Below are positions 43,765-56,278 of a stretch of DNA of 64,000 nucleotides, piece by piece. A program made the position numbers and the translations under genes. The notes below the pieces were generated by a model, which saw nothing but the letters and a program-made list of their open reading frames with translations, ran no database searches and was not told where the DNA came from. Numbering within the stretch: position 1 is the first letter of the stretch; the number at the start of each line of letters is the position of its first letter. The DNA comes from Tetramitus jugosus (taxonomy: Eukaryota > Protista > Heterolobosea): assembly GCA_937625935.1 (NCBI GenBank), contig OW569345.1:248001-312000 (forward strand), in the 5' to 3' direction.

Positions 43765-44931
43765 ATGGATATTGATCAACAGATTGCACAATTGGAGCAA
43801 TTAATTAGAGAGATCAGTGTGCTGGATGAGACTGAACAGGCGATTGCCAAGAAGAACTACACTCAACAACTCTCTCAACTCAGGCAGAAACGAAGAGCTG
43901 CTCCAACCAGTGGTAGCCGTCCATTGGCTCATAAGAATAAGAATAAGAAGGAAAATAGAGGGTCACATTTGAACTGGAGTCCTCCTTCGAATACTCCAGA
44001 GAGTGAGCAGCCAAAATTGCAAATCAATAATTGCTTTCAGTTTGATCACTTTGGTCAATCCGAGATGGAGAGTGCGCTTGAAAGGTGTAAGCTGGACAGT
44101 GCAACCATTAGAGTTGCTTTGAGCTACGATAAACTGTGTTCAGGAAGGATGGAGTCAGTGTTGTCCGAAACTCAAAAACAATACCAGTTTACAGCTTTGA
44201 AGTTTCCGAGAGACACTGAATTGCCTCAAGTGATTGATGTGAAGACACCAGGACTCTATAGTATCAATACATGGTTCTACGAACGAGTGACAAATCTTTT
44301 GTTGATGAAGGACAAGAAGTTCGTAAATACTTCCAATATGAGACTTTCAGAAGCACTCCAGCTACTCAAAGATCAGGACTCTATACTTTGTGTACAACCT
44401 GATCTTTACTTTGGAGCCATCAAGATGTCTGAAGGAGTTGCGTTTCGATTCAAAATACCTGGATACAATCCTGCGATAACAGAAACATTAAAATCAATAA
44501 CGAACATTGTCGACTTGCCATTCAATCTTCGATGCCTGAGGTGTGATGAAGAAGAGATGGGACTAAGTTCAGGTATGATGATATTCGATAGAAAGGAGGT
44601 TCAGATTCATCTTATCAATGTAGATGGGATCTCTGTTGAAAAAGCAGGTGAAGGATTTGGCGTTGGACCACTGTTTCTCAAGTTGCGTATCCCGTATGGA
44701 TCAACAAAGGGTACTGGTGAATGGTGGAGAGCTCAAGTAAGTCAAGATATGCGGCAATGGTTGGCACACCCCGAAAAGTATGTCAAGGACAGAATGGAAT
44801 ACCTCTTCCCTGGAGGCTCCATGCGCCAGTACAAAGAAAACTTAACATTGGACAAATCCAAGTTTCAGACTATTGAAGAAGGTACTTGTACTGTTGATAT
44901 CAGTTATGATCTTGACTCCAAGTCCTCATAA
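43765..44931 (+). CDS. Hypothetical protein (N-terminal coiled coil + globular domain)
   Basis: Long ORF; likely ATG at 43765 because the upstream part overlaps the RCC1 gene antisense. Confidence 0.7.
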   Translation: MDIDQQIAQLEQLIREISVLDETEQAIAKKNYTQQLSQLRQKRRAAPTSGSRPLAHKNKNKKENRGSHLNWSPPSNTPESEQPKLQINNCFQFDHFGQSEMESALERCKLDSATIRVALSYDKLCSGRMESVLSETQKQYQFTALKFPRDTELPQVIDVKTPGLYSINTWFYERVTNLLLMKDKKFVNTSNMRLSEALQLLKDQDSILCVQPDLYFGAIKMSEGVAFRFKIPGYNPAITETLKSITNIVDLPFNLRCLRCDEEEMGLSSGMMIFDRKEVQIHLINVDGISVEKAGEGFGVGPLFLKLRIPYGSTKGTGEWWRAQVSQDMRQWLAHPEKYVKDRMEYLFPGGSMRQYKENLTLDKSKFQTIEEGTCTVDISYDLDSKSS

Positions 44932-44991
44932 AGCAAAAACAAATCTCTTCAAACAAAACAATGATAAAAAATAATTCCACTTTACGTTCTT

Positions 44992-45411
44992 TTAGTTAAT
45001 GGAAACGACTTCAACGTCAAAGATCAATACAGCACCGCCTGGAATAGTTGGCGGGCTTCCAAATTCACCATATCCCATTTGTGACGGAATCACGAGCTTT
45101 CTCTTCTCACCGACACAAGCACCCAACAAACCAGAGTCCCATCCCTTGATCACCATACCCTTTCCTACAGTGAATGAGAATGGTTCACCTCTAGGAATAG
45201 AGGAATCAAATTCCTTACCATCAGTGAGCTTTCCAGTGTAGTGAACCTTGATGGTATCACCGTCCTTGACCTTTTGATCACAAGAGTCTGGTCTATACTT
45301 GATACCTACTTGTAAATTCTTGACGTTGTCATATTTGGCACAGTGAACCATGGATAGCACGCAAACGAGTGCTGCTACGAGCAGGACGAACAATGTCGAA
45401 GCTTTGATCAT
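44992..45411 (-). CDS. FKBP2: Secretory-pathway FKBP peptidyl-prolyl isomerase (FKBP2/FKBP15-like)
   Basis: Signal peptide; [44 protein letters not shown]. Confidence 0.9.
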   Translation of the reverse strand: MIKASTLFVLLVAALVCVLSMVHCAKYDNVKNLQVGIKYRPDSCDQKVKDGDTIKVHYTGKLTDGKEFDSSIPRGEPFSFTVGKGMVIKGWDSGLLGACVGEKRKLVIPSQMGYGEFGSPPTIPGGAVLIFDVEVVSIN

Positions 45412-45651
45412 TTTTTTTTCTTCTTGTTGTTGTTGATGTGATTTTTTGTTTTTTGTTTTTTGGAGCCAAAGAGAAAGCGGCAAATTCTCAACTTGACACC
45501 TTCCATTTGCTCCAGAGAAGGGAAGAAAAGACTTCCTTTCGAAAAAAAACCAGTCTCAAAAAACCAGCAACAAAAAGCCACTTGAAGAGTCACAAACAAC
45601 ACTACTGCGTGACTCACAAAAAAACAACATACACACACAGATCGATCGGGC

Positions 45652-48030
45652 ATGTCCAACTGGAAAGAACGTAAAAAAGAGCTCGAACAACAATCGGCAG
45701 ACGACTACGAAGATGATGAACGAGAGCCATTGCGCGTCTCCTATGATGAAATTGAAGATGAAGATGATTTTCAAATGATTGGTATCAGGGGAGGCAAATT
45801 GGACGAGAGTATGACTTATCATGATGATACCTATCAAGACTTGATGGATGAAGAAGATGGTGTCGATGATGATGATACGACCACTGCAAGTACCATGACT
45901 GCCAGTGAAGATACGTTGACGTTTGGTGGGCATCCCGTATCGGGTCGCTACAAGATTTCGGCTCTCGAATTTTCATTGGACAGTTTTTCGCATGCGAGCT
46001 TGACAAATCAACCAAAAACTGCGACCAACAATAGTGTGGATAATAGTCAGAATAATAATAGTAGTGGCAGTAATTCGACCAATGATTTGAAGAAGGGTAC
46101 GACAAATGTCAATGTAGGGAAGAACCATAGCTCGAGTATGTCATCCATGACATCTACACAGCAGGGTAGTAGATCTTCGTTGCCTTCTGTTCAGCACAAT
46201 CGTAGCAGCACGACCAATAGCATGCCTAGTCATAGTGGTGGTAATCAGGATTTATCAACGAGAAGGCCATCGATACCTCCAAAACCTGTTCAGCAGAGCG
46301 TAGGTGATACTACTACTACGAAGAGTGGAAGTGTGAGTGGAAGTACTGGTAAATCTTTGCCCAAGCCTGTATATGTTGGTGCTGTTCTTAGTAAGGATGA
46401 TGAGATTGAGTTGTTGAAGCAACAAGTGTCTCAACTTCAATTGAAGAACTTGGAACTCATAGAATCGCTGCAGTTATCGCAAAAGAAGGGCGATAATGAT
46501 ATTGATCTCTTCGAAATTATAGAACACAACAATGTAGAATATGATGATTATTTCAGAAGTCCTTCAGCACCCTCTCTGCCTGTGGATGATGATGTCATGA
46601 TGATTCGGAATGGTTTATTTGGAAGCGATTTGTCAAAATCAATCATCTCCTCAAACACTCGAAACTATTTCTATGGTAGAGCGGATGAAGATTTCGATTA
46701 TGAAGACGATGTAAATATCAGCAAATTGAAGGAGGAATTATGTACCCCGAACTTGAAGTATCCACATAGGTACAACCTGTATGATCTCGACACGAAGGAA
46801 CTGGAGAAAAATCAAACCAGAGCATGGTGTGACATTAGGTCACTGAGATCTCTTGAGAAAAAGAGACGATTGCTTCGTGCTTGCCACTATGATCGATCAA
46901 AAAATTATCTCAACAGTGATAACGACCGTCGTGCTGATAATGAGCGATTTCCTATTCACTACGATGCCCTAATGGCCGTTTTGTTAGATATGGAACAGAG
47001 CTTAACGTTTCGGGAGTTTATGAGATGTGTGTCTGGTGATGAAAATCGTGTATATTTGGATGCATATATTGGTCATTTAAATCGCTTAAGGGATTACGAA
47101 CAACTAATGAAGGTGTATCGCTTCCATGGCCTATTTTTACCAATGCTCATGCTCCAGTATCGCCAGGCAATGAACATTCGAGATCCTGGAGCTCGGATTC
47201 AAAAACTAGAGTCGATCATGAGCGCATTCCGACTTGCCGCACCTAATAATGACATTGGAGAACACTTTCTTCGAAACAACTTGCTGTCTACTGACTTTGC
47301 GAAACACATTGTCGATTCCATAAACTTGTTAGGCAGACAAGTACGTATCGAAGAGCACGACTCAGCTGTAGCCCGACAAGGAAGAGACTTAATTTACATT
47401 GAAAATCCTAGACACAACATTATTCATATATCAATTGCGGATACGCTGAAATATTGCTTATTCTATCACCCGTACGCAGATGAGTTCAAATTGAGTAGTC
47501 CAAAGAATTTTGCTCAGTCATTCAGGCTCGTCAGACATCGATATCTATTCGAAGCAGCCCGCACTAGATGCCGGTTAAAGGACTGGAAATCTGTAGAACA
47601 ACTGTACAAGACAGCTCTAGAAGAACATTTGTGCTCATGTTCGAGCTATGAATACATGAATCAGAAGGGATCGACCGGTAGCTTCCTCAAGTCAAAGTTC
47701 TCCAGTCCAAAGAACTCCACATCCATTCTGTCTGTGACCAGTTTCCTACAGTTAGCTATGAACTACAACGCCCCAAAGGGACTCATCGAAGTGTTCATCA
47801 AGCAGTGCCCAGATCCACAGGAAAGATGTGATCTGGCTCGCAAGAACCAGCTCTACCAAATCGCTGTTGACTGTGCCATCAAGGAACTCAAAGACAAGGA
47901 ACTGTGTATCAAGCTCAACAAGGAAATTGTAGAAAAGCTAGGAGCAGAGAACAGTCAAGACTTGCGAGAGCAGATCAACCAGTACATTATGAAGGGAGAA
48001 AAGAAGAATTGGCTCCGAAAACTGTTCTAA
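45652..48030 (+). CDS. VIPAS39/SPE-39 (VPS16B)-like protein
   Basis: RSLEKKRRLL, YRQAMNIRDP, LLGRQVRIEEHD, TLKYCLFYH...SSPKNFAQSF and RCRLKDW resemble human VIPAS39 (recalled). Confidence 0.75.
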   Translation: MSNWKERKKELEQQSADDYEDDEREPLRVSYDEIEDEDDFQMIGIRGGKLDESMTYHDDTYQDLMDEEDGVDDDDTTTASTMTASEDTLTFGGHPVSGRYKISALEFSLDSFSHASLTNQPKTATNNSVDNSQNNNSSGSNSTNDLKKGTTNVNVGKNHSSSMSSMTSTQQGSRSSLPSVQHNRSSTTNSMPSHSGGNQDLSTRRPSIPPKPVQQSVGDTTTTKSGSVSGSTGKSLPKPVYVGAVLSKDDEIELLKQQVSQLQLKNLELIESLQLSQKKGDNDIDLFEIIEHNNVEYDDYFRSPSAPSLPVDDDVMMIRNGLFGSDLSKSIISSNTRNYFYGRADEDFDYEDDVNISKLKEELCTPNLKYPHRYNLYDLDTKELEKNQTRAWCDIRSLRSLEKKRRLLRACHYDRSKNYLNSDNDRRADNERFPIHYDALMAVLLDMEQSLTFREFMRCVSGDENRVYLDAYIGHLNRLRDYEQLMKVYRFHGLFLPMLMLQYRQAMNIRDPGARIQKLESIMSAFRLAAPNNDIGEHFLRNNLLSTDFAKHIVDSINLLGRQVRIEEHDSAVARQGRDLIYIENPRHNIIHISIADTLKYCLFYHPYADEFKLSSPKNFAQSFRLVRHRYLFEAARTRCRLKDWKSVEQLYKTALEEHLCSCSSYEYMNQKGSTGSFLKSKFSSPKNSTSILSVTSFLQLAMNYNAPKGLIEVFIKQCPDPQERCDLARKNQLYQIAVDCAIKELKDKELCIKLNKEIVEKLGAENSQDLREQINQYIMKGEKKNWLRKLF

Positions 48031-48151
48031 CTCCGACTTTTGTAAAATTATTGCGCTCAAAAAATTTTGCCACAAACAAAAAAGCTTTTTCGCGGCGATT
48101 ATCATCACCATTCAAACACCTCGTTAGTTTTCTCATTTTCTAGCTAGAAGT

Positions 48152-48742
48152 ATGCTTCACTCTGTGCGTCGTATCGTGGCCAAACAAGCAGCCACCGCCA
48201 ACAAACAATTCCTGTGCAAGAGCAGCACCACCTGTGCCGCATTCTCCACATTGAAGTCATCCACAACAATCACAACAACAACGACATCATCATCATTTGC
48301 TTCAAAGCTTGTTGTGTCCACTCCAAAAATGATGACAGCCACACCATTCTACAATCATGTGAGATCATTCCACTCCTCTTGCACTCATCGATCATTGCTC
48401 GATGAAGGTGATGAGGCCATTGTGTTCACATGTGGTCAATGTGGTACTCAACAAGGTCATGCCTTCTCTACTGAAGCTCATGATCATGGTGTTGTGATGG
48501 TACACTGTCCAAACTGTGGTGCCGGTACAATTGTCTCTGATAATTTGGCATGGTACGAATTTGATGAAAACACAATAGATTACAATAACAAGATTCGTGA
48601 ACATTCATTGAAGGATGTGACCACAAAGTTTGAAGTGACTCCTCAAGAGTTGAAGGACTTGGGATTGTATGACAAAGTAATGGAGAGAAAGGCAAAGTAT
48701 GACGCAGAGCATCCAAATGGTGATGAGGATGAAGATGATTAA
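48152..48742 (+). CDS. DNLZ: Mitochondrial DNL zinc-finger protein (Zim17/Hep1)
   Basis: Presequence-like N-terminus; FTCGQC...GVVMVHCPNC...SDNLAWY. Confidence 0.85.
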   Translation: MLHSVRRIVAKQAATANKQFLCKSSTTCAAFSTLKSSTTITTTTTSSSFASKLVVSTPKMMTATPFYNHVRSFHSSCTHRSLLDEGDEAIVFTCGQCGTQQGHAFSTEAHDHGVVMVHCPNCGAGTIVSDNLAWYEFDENTIDYNNKIREHSLKDVTTKFEVTPQELKDLGLYDKVMERKAKYDAEHPNGDEDEDD

Positions 48743-48946
48743 GTGGCGGTGTCGATACCACACTGGTGATATCCTCCTACTTTTTTAAATTTGTGCAACT
48801 ACTCTCTCTCGGAATGGAAATTTATCTCTTAGTAAAAGAAACTATATAATTGTTAACTTAATTGTTGCGTCATTCATTGCCGAACAAGGTGTAATGTTAG
48901 TCTAATGTCTGTGTGTACATTGAATGGTCAAAGTTGTATTGTTGGT

Positions 48947-51900
48947 TTAATCTGCAAACTGGACACCTCTCTTCTTTGTTGGCAACAGTTCCTTGTGCTC
49001 TTCGAACAGTTCACTATCTAGACTCTGTACGGTGTCACACAGTGACTTGAAACCGAGTTCGATTTGCTTGTGCAGCGGTCTCTGAACTTCCTTGGAGTGA
49101 ATGTTACTCTTGTTGACACCTTCCTTGGCACAAATCAACAACTTGATCAGTAGTTTCTTGAGTATCATAATGTGCTTCTTGTCAAATTTGTTGTCCTTGT
49201 CAGGTCCGAAGAATGCTCTCACAATCTGAGGCAATCCTTCGTTGACCTGTGGAATCAATGTACCACTCAGAACCAAGTGCAATGCATTGACATCGACAGG
49301 ATCCTTGGAAGTAGCACTCAGCAACTTTTCAATGGAGAATTCAATAATTTCGCTGGCGTTCTCAACAGGTGTCAGGATAATCTCCTCCTTGGACAGGATA
49401 GGCAAACGAGTCATCATGGATGGGAATTGACCTAGAACCTTGACGATCGTCTTACGCTTGTACTGTGCAGTGAGATCACTGCTCTGTGAGGCACCACCAC
49501 CCTTGGTGAATGGACATTCCCATGTGAACTCATTGATGCATGCATTGTTCTCAAAGAAGCCAACCCGAGTCTCTGGTGTTCTAACAAATGGCTTCACAGA
49601 TGTAATCTGGAAGTAGCACTTGTCTGATTCGGCTGTTGGAATACTGAAACTCTCACCAACAATCTCAACATTATCGACACCATACTTGTAACCAAAGCGA
49701 GATTTTAGATAATCAACCAACTCTGACAATTTCATAATCTTTGGCATCTTGTAAATAAAGGCCTTGTTTCTAATGTCTTCTGGTAGTCTGTGACCAGCGA
49801 AGTAGATACGATAGTAGCTACCAAAGAGACGTACAGTGGATCGAGCAATATAATCATAGAGCTTACTCATTTCAGTGTGAACTTCTGACAATCCCTTATA
49901 GTTTCTTTCTGCTTCATGGATCTGCAAGAACAACTTGTAAATCTCAATCGAATACTCAAAGTGACTGTCTTCGTTGAATAGTTGAATGGCAGAGTTCAAC
50001 AGTTCAATCAAACCTTCTCTGGTGAAGCATCTGGATTGGAAGGTTGGCTTCTCCTGTTCCATAAACAGAGCCTTCAACTCTTCAAACTTCTCTGATTTCA
50101 GGAGAGGTGAGACCTTTGTCAGTTGATCAAACTCTGTATTCTGAAGGATTGGTACCTTTGACATCTTCATGTATTGAACGACCACAGCAGCAATATAAAC
50201 CTTACATTGAGCAGCTTCAGCAAATCTCTTGTTCTTAATATTTTGTTCTGCGAGATTGTTGAACCAGGTGACAGACAGTTCAGGGGCATGACGATATCCA
50301 GTTGCAATACGATACAAGAGATCACACTTCATCTCTTCATCTGCATTCTCGTTTTGCAGAGAGCTGAAACCAATCGTATCGGTCAATGTCTTGCCCAATC
50401 TTTCAACCAAGTCCTGAACCTGCTCAGGGAATGGTGCACCAGACAAACTGTTACGACGGTTCTCCTCTGTTCCTCTTTCTCTTTGGTATCTGAGACAAAA
50501 TTGCTTAACAGCTAGATTCTCGATTGGAACCCTCTGAACGGAGTCACTCTTTGCATAATGTGCAATGACTCCAAAGCATGAACGCAGAAGGCTGATGCAC
50601 TTTTGATCGAGAGTAGTAGCAAGATTCGAGAGAGCGACAGTGGTTTGAATCTTTGTTCTAGTAAAGTTGCCAATTGTCTCATAATTGATCTTGATCAAGA
50701 AATATAGCAAAGCGGTTGCTTGGGTTCTAATCTTCTCGATTGATGAATGACACATCTTGAGTACCATATTAATCAAACGCTCTGAATAGGAGTTAGTGTC
50801 ATGGAAGAAATGGAAGCAGAACTTGCGCACAAGGATCTTGAACATGGATATAGCTGTGACAAGTGTGGTGTCAGATTGCTTAGTTTGCAATAGTCTCAGA
50901 AGAACTCCGAATGATAAATCGAACATATGATCCTTGATTTGTTCCGAGTCGAATTCACTTTGTTCCAAATCTGGTACAAAGGCCATCAAGAGATCAAGAA
51001 CAGAAAGAGAACTCTCTGTGTTCATATTTCCTTCCCAGAATACCAAGTTCTTAATAATTTCTTCTGCCTTCTCACTGGAGATTGTGTTCTTGGAAGATTT
51101 CATACTGTTGGTGAAGTTTGATTGGCGATTGACTCTTCCAAAGTTTCTGGTCTTTGCACCTCTGAGTGAGTTCTGACTTTGACTTTGGATGCTGTTATTT
51201 CTGTGTCTCTTGTCAAGCGAAGAGTACATCGATTCCAATGCGCTCTTTGCCTCAGATAAAGACTTTGTGGTTGAGGTTTCAATACCAACCGTTGCTCTTT
51301 CAGCAATAACCTTCTTTCCAGAATATTCGAAAACTTCAACAGTCATATCTAACATGCGCAAGAACACATCAACCTGCCCTTGCATTTCTCTCGTCCACCA
51401 CTCTCTCAAAAGCTTTCTGTCCATATTCTTTACTACGTACAGGATTGAAATTAAAGCATTTTGCTTCTCTGACACGATACGTTTCTTCTCTTCAGATAGT
51501 TGAAGTTTGGCGTCCTCATATTTCTTCTTTGCCTGCTCCTCTTCGTCTCTCATCTTTTGCAACTGTTCTTCTTGCTTGTTATCGGTCTGCTTATGACTAT
51601 CATCAATGTTGTTCTGGGCGACATATGTTCGATAAGTACTTGTTTTTTCGTCATACTCTGCCTTACATTTGTCGATAACTGTGGACAAACCAGCAATCTT
51701 TGCAGAAACAACCTCTGAGAATTGAGTAAATGAATCCAAGAAGCGCAGCATTAATGGGAAATATAAGGAAGCAATCTTTGTTTTGACATCAGGATGTTGA
51801 TATCGCTTGTCATACTCATGCTTCGTTAAAATGGATCGGATAAGATTCAATGATCTCGTTCTGACAACTCTCTCTGGGTCGACAATATCTTTCAGGCAAT

Positions 51901-54900
51901 AATCGATCAGAATACCAACGAGGAAATGATTGGATGACGAGGCTCTTTCCTCAAGGCTTCTGTCAAGAAGTGGGAGACACAGTGGAATGTAGTGTTCATA
52001 ATCAATAATAATTTGGAGGAATGTCGTTCTCAACTCCTGCAACACTTCTTGATGCTTCATGTCTGGATTCTTGGCTATTCCACATAAGTATCCATCAATC
52101 AATGTAAGAGCGAATCCTCTGTCGATCAGATCAATCAAATCACGAAGAAACAATGCAAAATTAGCGTTCAGCTGCTTTGCGACATTAAGACCAACTCTTG
52201 CCCTAAATGTAGTTTCTCTTGAAAAAGCACCTGTTAATTTAGCGTAAAGTGGATGGAGTTCTTCTCCAAACACGACACCATCAGCTCTCTGAATGGCAGA
52301 AAGACCCTTGTTCTCTGAGGCATGGAGAGACAAACTCTTGACGAGAAGCTCGAATAAGAACCAAGAATAGGTAAGTGCGAGCTTGACATCATTCGGCTCT
52401 TGAACTGAGCTACTTCCACCACGAACTGAGCCAGAGGTTTCAAGAACAGAAAGCCACAATTTTGGTAGTTCTAGATACAACTTGGAGACAGTGTTTGGAT
52501 AATTGACATATTTCTCGTCAATGTACTTTGTCAGCAGTTCATTTCTTTCCGATGTATAAACTTGATTAGTTAGAGTTACAGTGTTCTCACAAAGGATTAG
52601 CAGTGTCTTGAACGCTGTCTTCTGAGCCTCTGGGAATGTAGGAGTGCAAATAATCTTAATCAATTGATTGAAAATCTGAGGTAGAGATTGAATCAAAACT
52701 GGTGTGCACACTTCAGCCAATTGTCGAATAGATTGTTGTAACACTTGGTCCAAATTTCGATCAGCGAGACCGACTTTCTTCTCAATGTTCGATGATACCA
52801 AATGGCCAAGAGATTGATAAAATACAGAGAGTGACTCATCGAATGGATAAACAGTTGATTCAGATCTGAATTTGCATTGGAATAGTTGTTTTCCTCCTTC
52901 AATGTATGTTCTCTTCGATGCTGGAGACAGGTATTCAAACTTGGATGAGAATTCTGTGATCAATGGATACTTTGCTCTTCCGTTCACAAGTTTGCCTTCA
53001 GACAACAAAGGAACGACAGAGTATCCCAGGAGAGAATTTCCAACCTTACCCTTTTGACAAGCAACATGATAATATGTAAAGAGTAGATGATGCTTTGGTG
53101 TCAATACAGTGGGCAATTTGATCTTGAATTCGTCATTAAATTCCGGACTTCTGTTATGGTAGGAAACTTTAGTATAAGCACATTCGACCAACTGTGGATC
53201 ACAAGCCTTTCCACACAAAACCTTCAAGCCAGGTAAGTCCAAGTCCAAATCGTCTTCTTTCAATTCGACACGAATTGCAATGTTTCTAGCAGATTTGCTC
53301 GAAAAACTTCGTGAGGATAGATTCGCCTCCTCAGGATACACGAATAAATAATTAGAGAAATGTTCATAGAACGTGAGTGATGGATAAGTTGGGAACTCAA
53401 ACAACTCAATGGCAGGCAACTCAGGAAGACTCTCATCTTCTGGATGGCTCACCATAACAAGTCCATCGGGCTTGTAGTCAGGTTTGTAACCTGGAACCTG
53501 AACTGCATTCAATGTTAGAGTCGCAGGGAATGCCTTCAATCTCTTCATTTGGGTACCAGTACCATGCTGTATAAAGAAGAGAACATGGTGAATAAAAGGA
53601 CATCAAAGCAGATATCAATGAGAGAAAAAAATTGACTTACCTCAGTACCGAATAAGGCTGAAAAAGTGAGATCGGACATACAACCCTTGGCCCTGTAGAA
53701 TTGAGTAACCTTTGATGGAATGATCACTCTTCCTTCATGTTCATCAAACATTGGAAGTGCAGTCCAACAGACAGGCTGTCTAAACTCACTCAAACGAGAG
53801 CAGAAATCAGGCAAACCCTTCTTTAGCTTTGCAAAATCACTGTCCTTTAGCTTATCACACTTAAGATAGGGCTCAAACACTGCATCCTCTTCTCCCTGCA
53901 AAACCTTACTGATGAATACTAGTAGAACAATATCCTTTGTACGCTGAGAAATATGGAACACTGCTCGATTCAATCGATTGTTTGTTGAGGCATGAGAAAT
54001 GTTGGGCAGTGCGGACAATGTCTCCTCCTTGTTGACGTTGCAGGAGAAGGTTTCAGAAATCTTCTTTCCCTTTGCTAGATCGAACACTGCCATCTCGATA
54101 AAGAATGGCTCCAATTCGCCAAACTTTTCACATAGCTTTGGTTCAAACTTTGACACTTCAACCATGATTGGTGCATGCTTCAGAGCCATCATTGGCCTAG
54201 TTTTTGACCTCTTACAAATATTTTTTTCTGCACCGCCGTCCCAACTGTACTCGACAGAAGCTGTGCTCATGTCAAATGTTTTCATCAAACGTCCAGACAA
54301 TCCCTTCTTGATCAATTTGTGAACATCGCTGGATGAGTCTTGAATCAGTGCAGGATCAGCCTCCACTTTTTCAGTGCTTGCCTTGGTCATGTCCGTAAAG
54401 TTGTTCTCAGCAGCTGCTGCAGCCTTCTTCTCCTTGTTCTTCAACTCGACATCAACCTCAAATCTCCTTCGAGAAAATTTTTCATCATCGAGTGAATCCT
54501 TGTCGTACTTGTTGTGTGGCTTACGGATTCTGACCTTTGGTTGGGAAAAGTATTGGAGTGACTCCTTGACGTACAATTGCAAATTAGGATTGTCCTTGTC
54601 GTTGGGTGCAGAGACACCTGCCTTTGGATGTTCATCATTGACGTGTGAAACCTGGATACAGTCCGATGGGAACAATAGGACTCGATTCTCACTGTTGACA
54701 TCCGTAGCACTTGCAATCTTGGCAAACTTGTTCTCAAAAGTTTTGAGTGTTTGATGATCAATGGAATCACCTAGTGACAGGGATGATGAAGATGCGGATA
54801 GGGGTGTTGTGGGTGATGATGGTGTCGATGGTGTCATGGGAGAGAAGAGTGACGATGATGACGATGAGTGAGAACGAGAGAGCATTGTGACGGGTGAATT

Positions 54901-54909
54901 CGGCAACAT
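48947..54909 (-). CDS. DOCK-family Rho GEF (DOCK-C/D, zizimin-like), 2 exons
   Basis: DHR1/C2 NYLFVYP..ARNIAI..PEFNDEFKIKLP..HHLLFTYYH; DHR2 GYRHAPEL, YYRIYF, YKRKT, LSGTLIPQVNEG. Intron 53567-53640 joins the two ORFs. Confidence 0.92.
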
Positions 54910-55433
54910 AATTTTTTTGTTCTTGTCTGCTGACTCAAAAAGTTGTTGATGACGAATGTTGGTTGGGAATTTGATTCGTCAAAAATCAGTGATTGTTATT
55001 GAGCTTTTGTGTGAGCTGCTGTACAAGTTGTTGTTGTTGGTGGGATACAACGAGATTTTGGGGTGTGTGTGGATGATGAAGAAGGAAATCTATCGTTGGT
55101 GGTGGATGTTTCGTTGGTGAGGTGAAACACGGAGCTTCTGATTCTTGTTGTGTTGTTCGTTGTTGTTTGCGATGTTGTTGTGGCGGATATCAAGACAGGT
55201 GAAAAAGTCGTTGGTCGGAGGTTTTTGGAGGGATGCAATCGCCTGTCAAAATTGGCGGCCCCGTTTTTTCTGACTACGACTTGGAAGTGATTTGCCTCTT
55301 TGGGAGGTTGTTCCGCCACTTGAAGCAGAATCAAGCGACACATATCCGCTGTAATGAATGATTCGTGCAAGATGTTGTGAATCCTATCAAATAGGTATGA
55401 TACAAATCGTCAATACAAAGTTTGCTTATGTGG

Positions 55434-56120
55434 TCAGTTGTTGTTTATTGCTCGGGCACTGAGGACATTCTGTATGTAGCTATAGCAATTTCCACATTGT
55501 TGACTCGAAGTGGTAATACCTTTCAAACTGGCATTACACCTCTCGATCAAGTATTCCACAACTTCAATCCGATTGTGTCTGGATGCGAGCATGAGAGGCG
55601 TCTCATGCTGATCATTCTCAACATCAGGATCCATTCCATACTCACAAATGAGTCGCTTACACAGACCAACCAATCCAGAGCAGGCCGCAAAATGAAGAGC
55701 TCTGTTTCCATTGGACACTTGTATGCACGGATCCGTTCCAGCATCGATCAACACATTGGCACATTCCTCATGTCCATAGAGCGCTGCGTATTCCAATGGT
55801 CTCATTCCTGTCTCATCTGTTGCATTGAGCAATTCATCCTTTCCGTCATATAAACTCTCATCCAATGATAGAATATAGCGAATGATTGGTAAATGACCAT
55901 GCTTTGCAGATAACATGAGTGGTGTAACCAAGTCTTCCTGTCGTCTAGAATTGATGAACTTTGGATTATAGTTGATATAGTGCTTCACTTTGTCCAAATG
56001 ACCCTGCTCTACATGACTAAAAAAATTTTCATATTGTTGTTTATAACAAGGAGGTTGAATCACTTTCATATGTATGACTCGCTTGTCCTGAGCGCCTTGA
56101 GTTGTTGCCTTAGTTTCCAT
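55434..56120 (-). CDS. Ankyrin repeat protein
   Basis: TPLMLSAKHGH, RPLEYAALYGH, RALHFAACSG, TPLMLASRHN. Confidence 0.88.
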   Translation of the reverse strand: METKATTQGAQDKRVIHMKVIQPPCYKQQYENFFSHVEQGHLDKVKHYINYNPKFINSRRQEDLVTPLMLSAKHGHLPIIRYILSLDESLYDGKDELLNATDETGMRPLEYAALYGHEECANVLIDAGTDPCIQVSNGNRALHFAACSGLVGLCKRLICEYGMDPDVENDQHETPLMLASRHNRIEVVEYLIERCNASLKGITTSSQQCGNCYSYIQNVLSARAINNN

Positions 56121-56278
56121 TTTGTTTTCTTTCTCTCCTGATTCAAACTTGTTCGTTGTATGACATATTTTTCAGCATGCCAATACGTAAGTTATTCTTG
56201 GCGAAGGTTGACTGAAACCTCGGAGAATCGGAACCTGCAGAGCGTTGTATTCTCCACGATTCATCATGCTAGACACAC

